Part shown: positions 56,629 to 64,000 of the stretch, one piece after another
How the letters are laid out: every line of letters begins with the position of its first letter
Position numbering within the stretch: position 1 is the stretch's first letter
DNA from: Bryobacterales bacterium
Lineage (GTDB): Bacteria > Acidobacteriota > Terriglobia > Bryobacterales > UBA6623
Direction: 5' to 3'
Assembly (NCBI GenBank): GCA_963422375.2
Contig: OY729428.2
Coordinates: 960,001 to 1,024,000 of the forward strand
DNA length: 64,000 nt
The notes under the pieces: generated by a model
Seen by the model: the letters and a program-made list of their open reading frames with translations, nothing else
What the model was told of the DNA's origin: nothing
The model's database searches: none
Translations under genes and position numbers: made by a program

Positions 56629-59529
56629 TCAGTCGATGTACAGGAACTCCGCGGAATTCAGCAGGGCGTGCGCCATCGAGCCCAGGGCGTGCCAGCGAGC
56701 CGCCTCGCGGCGCGGCCCGACGTACCGGGTCTGGTCAAGATGCGCGAGCCAGTGGCCGTCCAGCTCCGAGACGTCGCGCGAGGCGAGGGCGGCCTCCTCC
56801 GCGATGGGAGGACGCGTCAGAATCCGCTCGTAGGCGGCGGCGACCTGTGCCTCGATATCGTCGGGCTGCTCGTCGATCAGGCGGCCCGCAAGGAACCGGG
56901 CATGCTCCAGCACGGCCGAGCCGTTCATCATCTGCAGCGCCTGCGGCGCGACGTTGGACTCCCTGCGCTCGGTGCAGTTGGGAGCCGGCTTGGGAGCGTC
57001 GAACACCTCGAGCAGCGTCACCGGCAGCCGCCGCTTCCTCTGAACGTACACCGCTCGCCGCCAGCCGCCAGCCGTCGCGTCGGGCACTATTTCCCCGCTG
57101 GCCTTCTTGGTGACGCCGACGGGCCGACCGAATCGCTCGGGATCCAGCCGCCCGGTGACGCGAAGCACGGAATCGTGCAGCACCTCCGCGTCCATCCGGC
57201 GCAGCGGCATGCGCGACAGGAGCTTGTTCTCGGGATCCGCCTCGGCCGCGCGGGGGGCGACGCGGCTGGTCTGCCGGTAGGCGGCCGAAGTCATGATGAG
57301 CCGGTGCATGGCCTTGATGCTCCAGCCCTGCCGCACGAACTCCGTCGCGAGCCAGTCCAGCAGCTCGGGGTGTGTCGGCTTGGCGCCGGTCAGGCCGAAG
57401 TTCGAAGGCGTCGAGACGATGCCGCGTCCGAAGTGGCTCAGCCAGATACGGTTCGCCATGACCCGGGACGTGAGAGGATGGCCCGGTTCGGTGAGCCAGC
57501 GGGCGAACGCCAGGCGGTTGCCGCTCGTGCCCTCCCGCGGCGGAGTCGGCTCGTAGCGGGCCGTCCGGGCCGCGAGCATGCGCGGCACGCCGGGATGCAC
57601 GCGTTGCCCGATGGCCTCCACGTCGCCCCGCTGCAGCAGGAAGGCAGGTGACGGCTCTCCGCCCAGGTCGTAGACGGCGCGGATCTTGGGCGGCGGCACC
57701 AAGTCGGCCTTGAGCTCCTTGATCCTCCTGTTGATCGTGCCGGCCGTGTCCTTGAGCTCCGGAAAGGCCTCCGCGATTTGGTGCCACTCGCCGTCCGCGT
57801 CGGGAATCTTCAGCAGATCCTCGTGCTCCTTCGCCAGCGCGTTCTGCGCCCGCGTCCGCTCTTTCCTCGGCGTGTGCGCGATGGACCACAAGTCGTCCCG
57901 CACGGCTGTCGGCGCCTGGACCAGCCTGCGTTCCAGCTCGCGCTCGAAGTAGGGAGTGACGAGAGCCTCGAATTCGGCTTCGAGCTCCTTGATCCGTGCC
58001 TGGACGGGGGCGTTCGCCTTCTCGGCGGCCTCGCGCTCGGAAGCAAGGCCCACCTCGAGGAATCGCTCGGTCGGATCCCGCCAGTCGTAGGGATCCAGAG
58101 CGGACTGGAACACGGCGCTCAGGCTGTAGTACTCCCTCTGCGAGAGGGGATCGTACTTGTGGTCGTGGCAGCGGGCGCAGCCGACGGTCACGCCCAGGAC
58201 GGCGGAGCTGAGCACCTCCATCTCGTCCGCCACCACGTTGAATCGCTCCGCGATGGATCCGGTCGCCGAGCCGTAGGTCCCGTCGGGCGTCATCCGCAGG
58301 AATCCGGTAGCGGCGAGCGTGTCCACGTGGTCCTGCGTGACGGTGTCGAGCGCCGCGAAGTCGATCAGCTCGTCCCCCGCCAGCTGCTCGGTCAGGAACC
58401 GGTCGTAGGGCGTGTCCGAGTTCAGCGCCCGAATGACGTAGTCGCGGTAGCGCCAGGCATGCAGTCGCAGCCGGTCCTCGTCGATCACCCCCTCCGAATC
58501 GGCGTATCCCGCCAGGTCCAGCCAGATCTGCGCCCAGCGCTCGCCGTACTCGTCGGAATCGAGCAGCCGGTCGACCAGTCGCTCGTACGCGCCAGGCGCG
58601 GTGTCGTCCATGTAGGCGCGGACCTGGTCGGGAGCGGGCGGCATGCCCGTCAGGTCGAGCGACGCCCTGCGCAGCAGGGAGCGGCGGTCGGCCTCGGGCG
58701 AGAGCTTCAGCCCCGCTTCCTCGAGCCTGCGCAGCAGGAACGCATCGATGGGATTACGGACCTGCTCCTTGCTCGCTACGTCGGGCACGTCGGGACGGCC
58801 GGGAGGCTGGAATGCCCAGTGGGCGAGGTCCGCCTCGCTCAGAGGAGGCTCCGCAGCAGGTCCGGAGGCGCCCGCGGACAACGCCCCTTCCGCGATCCAC
58901 TTGCGCAGCAGCGCCACCTCCGCCTCGCTCGGCGTCTTGACGTGGTTCTCGAAGAGCATGTCGGGCGGCGGCATCTCGCCGGCGGCGATTCGCTGCAGCA
59001 GGAGACTTTCCTCCGGCTTGCCCGGCACCAAGGCCGGGCCGGACTTGCCGCCCTTCAGGCGCGAGGCGTGCGTCCGCAGGTCGAGCCCACCTTCCTGGGC
59101 GCGCTTTCCGTGGCACCGGCCACAGCGCATCTGGAAGATCGGCAGGACGTCAGTCTCCGTGGTCGGCGCGGCGTCGGCGATCTCGCCGGATCTCCCGGCG
59201 ACTTCGATCCACGCCCGGATGGCCAGGATCTCCTCTTCGGGAAGCCTCCCGCCTCCCATGGGCATCTGGCCCGAAACCACCTTCGCCAGCAGCAGGCTGC
59301 GGTCGGGGTAGCCCGGCACGATGGACGCCCCGGACTTGCCGCCTCTAAGGATTCCGGCCGGGGTGCCGAGTTGCAGGCCCCCCTGCGGGCTCTCGCTGTG
59401 GCAGGCGATGCACCGCCGCTCGATAATGGGCCGGACGCTCGAATCGAAGTCCGACAGGTCCGCCGCAGCAGCGGCACCGAGGGTCGCGCCGACCAGGACC
59501 AAAGCGGCAAGGATGCGATACGCAATCAT
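56629..59529 (-). CDS. PSD1/planctomycete cytochrome c protein, tri-haem (copy 3)
   Basis: Signal peptide; two tandem N-terminal cytochrome domains (CIACH, CGRCH) plus CARCHDHKYDP; PTHPELLDWLA; ends EFLYID. Confidence 0.92.
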   Translation of the reverse strand: MIAYRILAALVLVGATLGAAAAADLSDFDSSVRPIIERRCIACHSESPQGGLQLGTPAGILRGGKSGASIVPGYPDRSLLLAKVVSGQMPMGGGRLPEEEILAIRAWIEVAGRSGEIADAAPTTETDVLPIFQMRCGRCHGKRAQEGGLDLRTHASRLKGGKSGPALVPGKPEESLLLQRIAAGEMPPPDMLFENHVKTPSEAEVALLRKWIAEGALSAGASGPAAEPPLSEADLAHWAFQPPGRPDVPDVASKEQVRNPIDAFLLRRLEEAGLKLSPEADRRSLLRRASLDLTGMPPAPDQVRAYMDDTAPGAYERLVDRLLDSDEYGERWAQIWLDLAGYADSEGVIDEDRLRLHAWRYRDYVIRALNSDTPYDRFLTEQLAGDELIDFAALDTVTQDHVDTLAATGFLRMTPDGTYGSATGSIAERFNVVADEMEVLSSAVLGVTVGCARCHDHKYDPLSQREYYSLSAVFQSALDPYDWRDPTERFLEVGLASEREAAEKANAPVQARIKELEAEFEALVTPYFERELERRLVQAPTAVRDDLWSIAHTPRKERTRAQNALAKEHEDLLKIPDADGEWHQIAEAFPELKDTAGTINRRIKELKADLVPPPKIRAVYDLGGEPSPAFLLQRGDVEAIGQRVHPGVPRMLAARTARYEPTPPREGTSGNRLAFARWLTEPGHPLTSRVMANRIWLSHFGRGIVSTPSNFGLTGAKPTHPELLDWLATEFVRQGWSIKAMHRLIMTSAAYRQTSRVAPRAAEADPENKLLSRMPLRRMDAEVLHDSVLRVTGRLDPERFGRPVGVTKKASGEIVPDATAGGWRRAVYVQRKRRLPVTLLEVFDAPKPAPNCTERRESNVAPQALQMMNGSAVLEHARFLAGRLIDEQPDDIEAQVAAAYERILTRPPIAEEAALASRDVSELDGHWLAHLDQTRYVGPRREAARWHALGSMAHALLNSAEFLYID

Positions 59530-59699
59530 GCTTGGCAACATGATTGCATTCCGAGCCGGTCTGTGCTGGCGGCGAACCCGCAGCCTAGCAAGAAATCGCG
59601 CATTTCGGCGCAACGCTGGCTGGCAGAGGGACAAGCAGCGCATGGCCTGAACCGCGCCGAAGCTCCGAATCGGCCGCGGCCCGCAGCGAGCGGGAGGGC

Positions 59700-60203
59700 C
59701 TATCCGGGAGGCTCCGCGATCTCCACCCGCAGGGCACCGGCACCGGCCAGCCTCTCCGCGAGCCCTTCCGCTCGGGGAAGCTGGACGATCACGCCCTCGT
59801 CGGGCAGGTCCGGCACCGGTGCCCGCCGACGAGAGCCGGCCAAGCCGGCTTCGCGGATCATCATGCAGAGCGTTCCGAAGATAGCTCCCGCCATCGTGAC
59901 CTCGAACGTGACGACCGCCGTGGCCCAGCCGGATGTGACCGGCATGCCGCCCGTCACGAGGGGATAGTCGCGCTGGATCCAGAACACCAGAGCGGTCGCC
60001 CCGGACCCGGCCGCGATCGCACTCAGCACCGCGACCAGCGACATGCGGCTGCGACGCGGCAGAAGAGGCGATTCCGTCTCGACGGGCCGTCGCGAGTAGA
60101 TTTCGATGTCCCCGGGCGACACGCCGGCCGACACCAGAGACTCCACCGCGGCGGCCGCCGTTTCGGGGCTGCCGAATTCAGCGTGCAGGAATGCCGTCGT
60201 CAT
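59700..60203 (-). CDS. actD: Alternative complex III subunit ActD-like (DUF3341)
   Basis: AEF...IEIYS; two TM helices around DYPLVTGGMP...VTFEVT; overlaps the actC end. Confidence 0.8.
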   Translation of the reverse strand: MTTAFLHAEFGSPETAAAAVESLVSAGVSPGDIEIYSRRPVETESPLLPRRSRMSLVAVLSAIAAGSGATALVFWIQRDYPLVTGGMPVTSGWATAVVTFEVTMAGAIFGTLCMMIREAGLAGSRRRAPVPDLPDEGVIVQLPRAEGLAERLAGAGALRVEIAEPPG

Positions 60204-61536
60204 ATTCCCAGATGGCGATGATCGGAAACGCCTTGACGAAGAGCAGGTAGAGCAGGATCATCGCGGCGAACGTCCCGGCCGTGATCGAGAGCTCGATCCA
60301 GCTCGGCGCGTAGCCGCCCGCGGCAGCGGGGAGGTAGGGCGTCGCGAGCGTCGGAACGACGATCAGGAAGCGTTCCAACCACATCCCGACCAAGACGGCC
60401 GCCCCGCTGGCCGCGACCGTCGCGATGCTGCGGAGCCTCGCGATCCCTAGCAGGACGAGCGGGACCGCGAAGTTGCAGGCCACCATCGTCCAGAACAGGA
60501 AGCCGTACAGCCCGTGCTCCCGCACGGCCAGGACGCGCATCTCCCCCGGGAAATTGCCGTACCAGGTCGTCAGGTGCTCCGAGAACGTGAAGTAGAACCA
60601 GACGAGGCTCAGCAGCAGCAGCAGCTTGCCCAGATTGACGAAGTGCAGCTCGCGGAGGTAGTCCTCGAGCCGCAGCGCCTTGCGCAGGGCCGCCATCACC
60701 AGCACGAGCGCGGCGATTCCGCTGAAGATCGCGCCGACCACGAAATACGGCGCGAAGATGGTGCTGTGCCATGTCGGGGCGACCGACATCGAGAAGTCGT
60801 ACGCCACGACCGAATGCACCGAGACCGCCACGGCGAGAATCAGGACGGCCATTAGCTTCATGGCCCGCTCCAAGGCCTGCCACTGACGGTCCGCTCCGGT
60901 CCATCCCAGCGACAGCGCCCGGTAGACCTTGCGCTTGAACCCGTCGCTGCGGCTCGCGATGTCCGCCAGATCGGGGATCAGCGGAAGGTAGAGGTAGATC
61001 AGGCTGCCGGTCAGGTAGGTCAATATGGCGGTCAGGTCCCAGAACAGGGGCGAGCGGAAGTTCGGCCACAACAGCCGCTCGTTCGGATACGGCAGCATCC
61101 AGAAGAAGACCGCCGGGCGGCCGATGTGGATCAGCGGGAACAGCCCGCCGATCATCAGGCAGAACACCGTGATCGCCTCCGCCGCGCGCGTCACGGGCTT
61201 GCGCCAGCCGGCGCCGGTCAGCCGCAGGATGGCGGAGATCAGCGTCCCCGCATGGGAGATGCCGATCCAGAACACGAAGTTGACGATATGCAGGCCCCAG
61301 TACACGGGCCGGGAGATGCCCGCGTGCCCGATGCCGCGAAAGATCTGGTAGCCCCACGCGTAGAGCGCCCACGCCACGACCGCGCCGCAGATCGTCACGG
61401 ACGCGAGGTAGGCCCCGCTGCGACCCTCCATGCGGCCCAAGATCTCCTCGCGCACCTGCGAGGCGCTCTTGGCGGGGGAATGGCCCGGAACCCGCCGCGG
61501 GCCCTCGGGCGGCCCGTGGATGCCATGCCCGCGCAT
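60178..61536 (-). CDS. actC: NrfD/PsrC-family membrane subunit (ActC-like)
   Basis: WGLHIVNFVFWIGISHAGTLISAIL, RAAE, HIGRP, NFRSPLFWD, SVHSVV, WHSTIFAPYFV, GMWLERF. Confidence 0.92.
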   Translation of the reverse strand: MRGHGIHGPPEGPRRVPGHSPAKSASQVREEILGRMEGRSGAYLASVTICGAVVAWALYAWGYQIFRGIGHAGISRPVYWGLHIVNFVFWIGISHAGTLISAILRLTGAGWRKPVTRAAEAITVFCLMIGGLFPLIHIGRPAVFFWMLPYPNERLLWPNFRSPLFWDLTAILTYLTGSLIYLYLPLIPDLADIASRSDGFKRKVYRALSLGWTGADRQWQALERAMKLMAVLILAVAVSVHSVVAYDFSMSVAPTWHSTIFAPYFVVGAIFSGIAALVLVMAALRKALRLEDYLRELHFVNLGKLLLLLSLVWFYFTFSEHLTTWYGNFPGEMRVLAVREHGLYGFLFWTMVACNFAVPLVLLGIARLRSIATVAASGAAVLVGMWLERFLIVVPTLATPYLPAAAGGYAPSWIELSITAGTFAAMILLYLLFVKAFPIIAIWEYDDGIPAR

Positions 61537-61545
61537 GGTGCCGGT

Positions 61546-62274
61546 CTAGTCCGCCTTCTCCAGGTAGAAGACCCGCGGCTTCGTGCCTACCTCCGGGAGC
61601 AGCTGGCCCGACCGACCGCTGCCGATCGCCTTGGAAACCTTGCTCCGCGGGTCGCTCATGTCTCCGAACACCATGGCCTCCGCGGGGCACGACTGGACGC
61701 AGGCCGGCTGGACCTCGCCGTCGGCAACGGGCCGGTCCTCCGCGCTTGCGTCCAGCTTGGCGCGCTTGATCCGCTGGACGCAGAACGTGCATTTCTCTGC
61801 CACGCCGCCGGGCCGGACCGAGACGTCCGGATTCAGCTGCAAGCCCAAGGGATCGGCCCACTCCGGCGCGAACCAGTTGAAGAAGCGGACCGTGTAGGGA
61901 CAGTTGTTCGCGCAGTAGCGTGTCCCGATGCAGCGGTTGTAGATCTGGACATTCAGGCCCTCGGAGTTCTGGTAGGTCGCGTACACCGGGCAGACCGGCT
62001 CGCAGGGGGCGTCGTCGCACTGCTGGCAGAGCACCGGACGGTACTTGACCCTGATATCCGGGAACTCGCCCTCGTAGTAGCGGTCGATGCGGATCCAGTG
62101 CTTGGCCCGGCCCAGGGCCGCCTGCTCGTCGCCGGCTGTGGGCACGTTGTTCTCCGCGGCGCAGGCCACCACGCAGGCCTCGCAGCCCGTGCAGCGGTCG
62201 AGATCGATCGCCATGGCCCACTGCGGGACATGCTCCGCGGCTTCCCGGACTCCGTCCGTCGCATCGTCGGCCAT
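61546..62274 (-). CDS. 4Fe-4S dicluster protein (ActB2/QrcC-like)
   Basis: IDLDRCTGCEACVVAC, CQQCDDAPCEPVCP, RCIGTRYCANNCP, EKCTFC, ACVQSCP. Confidence 0.93.
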   Translation of the reverse strand: MADDATDGVREAAEHVPQWAMAIDLDRCTGCEACVVACAAENNVPTAGDEQAALGRAKHWIRIDRYYEGEFPDIRVKYRPVLCQQCDDAPCEPVCPVYATYQNSEGLNVQIYNRCIGTRYCANNCPYTVRFFNWFAPEWADPLGLQLNPDVSVRPGGVAEKCTFCVQRIKRAKLDASAEDRPVADGEVQPACVQSCPAEAMVFGDMSDPRSKVSKAIGSGRSGQLLPEVGTKPRVFYLEKAD

Positions 62275-62290
62275 CGGCTTCGACTCTCCT

Positions 62291-64000
62291 CTATACCCTG
62301 TGCGGGGCCTCGTCCCGGTCCTGCCGGGAGAACTGGATCAAGCGCCCCTCCGCATCCGCCTTCTCGATCGTCACAACGACGGGCCCGTACGCGGTCGCGC
62401 CGGTCGTCCGGTCCCGCAGGTCCCCCACGACGCCCATGGGATTCGCGCCGCGGCCGGAGGCGTAGCGGCCGAAGCTCGGGTGGCCCTGCCCGAGACCCAT
62501 GGACGCGACACCCGGAATCGCCGCGGGATTCACGTACACCGGCGCTACCAGCTCCCCGTGGGCCGACGCGACCCGCACCATGCTGCCGTTCTTCACGCCG
62601 AGGCTCCCTGCGGTGCCGGGATCGAGTTCGACAGGCAGGCCCCACATCGCGCTCGAGGCGGGATCGGGAAGCTCCTGCAGCCACGGACGGTTCGCACCCT
62701 CCCCGCCACCGAATTGCAGCGAGTCGTAGGCCTGGAACAGCAGGCCTTCGCGCGGGGAGCCCGCCCGGATCTCGCCTAGCCTGGTCCGCGACGCGGCCCG
62801 TCCCGGCACCCGCTCGCCACGCCAGCCGCCCTCGCGCAGGAGCTCGGGGACGGAACGCTCGGCCCCCGGGCCCGCCTGCTCCGGCAGGCCCGCGAGCACG
62901 CTCTCCGGATCCACGAGCTCGAAGGGCCTCCCCACCGCTCCCGCCAACGCAGCCAGCACTTCGTCGGCGGAGCGGCTGTCTCCCAGAGGAGCGACGAACG
63001 CGGCAGTGGCGGCCACGGCGGGTACCGGCGATGCAGGCGGCACGACCGCATGGCTCCTCTCCAGTGCATCGTGGTCGGGTAGGATCAGGTCCGCGTAGGC
63101 GGAAGTGTCGTCCGCAAACGGCGAGAAGCTGATGACCGTGCCCGCCGCCGCCAGCGCGGCCTCGGATCCCGGGGAATTGTAGGCCGGATTCGCGCCGTCG
63201 ATCAGCACGACGTCAGCCGCCGCGAGCCTGTCGCGCCAGCCGTCGCAGACCGGGCGCGTGCGCTCCAGCCCCGTTCCGGACAGCGCCGGGGGCAGGACCC
63301 CGCCCGGCTTGCCGACATTGCCCAGCAGCAGGTTGATCGCGCTGGCGACGGTAACCGCTTCGGCGGAATCCTCCCGCACGACGGACGCCCCGGCCACCAC
63401 GAGAGGCGCGGAGGCTTGCGACAAGCCCTCGGCCGTCTCGCGCATTGCCCCGAGAGGAATCCCCGAGACCGCCACGGCCCAGTCCGGGTCGACGCTTTCG
63501 AACGCCGCAACCACTTCCTCCGGAGCGCTTGCGAGCGCGGGAGCGAGCTTGTCGGACAGCAGGACGCGCCCTATTCCGAGCGCTAGCGCCAGTTCGCCGC
63601 CGGGTCGCACGGGCAGCCAGCGGTTGGCGTTCCAAGCGGTGAGAGAGAAGCGCGACTCCGCATGAGCGAGGCGCCCGCGCAATTCGCGACGGCCCTGCCG
63701 CATGTGCCCGTAACGCCGGGCGTACAGCACGGGAGAGACCCATCCGCCGAGAAAGTCCGCGCCGATCGAGAGGACGAATGTGGCGTCCTGGATCTCGTAC
63801 ACCGGGATCCCGTCCCAGCCGAAGACGCGCTTCGCGGCATCCCGTTCCGCCGCGAAGTCCCCCGACCCCGCGCTGCGCGCGGGCGGCGCGCCGAGCGCCT
63901 CGAGGAAGCGGGCGATGTTGGCCGACCGCGCCGTCGCGCGCGGGCGCGCGAGGAACGCGATCCTGCCCGGATCCGCCGCGAGCGCGCTCTCCACCGCTGC
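62291..64000 (-). CDS. Molybdopterin-oxidoreductase-like subunit (ActB1/QrcB-like), 5' end outside window
   Basis: SIGADFLG, RFSLTA...RWLPVRPG, INLLLGN, DDTSAYADLILP, ANRPWLQELPDP, GQGH...GANP. Confidence 0.88.
   Translation of the reverse strand, partial: AAVESALAADPGRIAFLARPRATARSANIARFLEALGAPPARSAGSGDFAAERDAAKRVFGWDGIPVYEIQDATFVLSIGADFLGGWVSPVLYARRYGHMRQGRRELRGRLAHAESRFSLTAWNANRWLPVRPGGELALALGIGRVLLSDKLAPALASAPEEVVAAFESVDPDWAVAVSGIPLGAMRETAEGLSQASAPLVVAGASVVREDSAEAVTVASAINLLLGNVGKPGGVLPPALSGTGLERTRPVCDGWRDRLAAADVVLIDGANPAYNSPGSEAALAAAGTVISFSPFADDTSAYADLILPDHDALERSHAVVPPASPVPAVAATAAFVAPLGDSRSADEVLAALAGAVGRPFELVDPESVLAGLPEQAGPGAERSVPELLREGGWRGERVPGRAASRTRLGEIRAGSPREGLLFQAYDSLQFGGGEGANRPWLQELPDPASSAMWGLPVELDPGTAGSLGVKNGSMVRVASAHGELVAPVYVNPAAIPGVASMGLGQGHPSFGRYASGRGANPMGVVGDLRDRTTGATAYGPVVVTIEKADAEGRLIQFSRQDRDEAPHRV

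Noticed and set aside
1..64000. CRISPR array, cas genes, tRNA or rRNA
   Set aside because: No regularly spaced direct repeats or recognisable structural RNA genes seen by eye; the only Cas12-related sequence is the dead TnpB

Overview
High-GC bacterial window. The gene content is typical of Acidobacteriota or Planctomycetota-like genomes, and the ankyrin, NHL and TPR proteins plus many decaying genes suggest a host-associated lineage (inference only). Intact content: three PSD1-type cytochrome (DUF1549/DUF1553) + Tat DUF1501 pairs; two DUF1592-type cytochrome + Tat DUF1552 (HXXSHH) pairs, one followed by a secreted ankyrin protein; TolC; TPR proteins; a TonB-dependent receptor; a sugar/sugar-acid catabolic cluster (TIM-barrel isomerase, atypical enolase-superfamily enzyme, SDR, DHDPS-like aldolase, divergent GH38, Na+/solute symporter, nearby lactonase); and the 3' part of an alternative complex III/Qrc-like operon (actB1-B2-C-D). 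That operon has no actE/F after actD and is followed by a tri-haem PSD1 + DUF1501 pair. Accessory or decayed content: an orphan low-GC darG, a TnpB pseudogene, remnants of GMC oxidoreductase, NHL and acyl-CoA dehydrogenase genes, a defence-island remnant (HEPN/MNT, Fic, type ISP R-M) lying between two copies of a dimethylformamidase-like 3' end, and an IS1595 nested in an IS630. The best candidate for an undescribed system is the repeated cytochrome/Tat-partner module and its possible link to the quinone pool through the ACIII-like complex. No CRISPR array, rRNA or tRNA was recognised. All calls come from motif recognition by eye; no searches were run.
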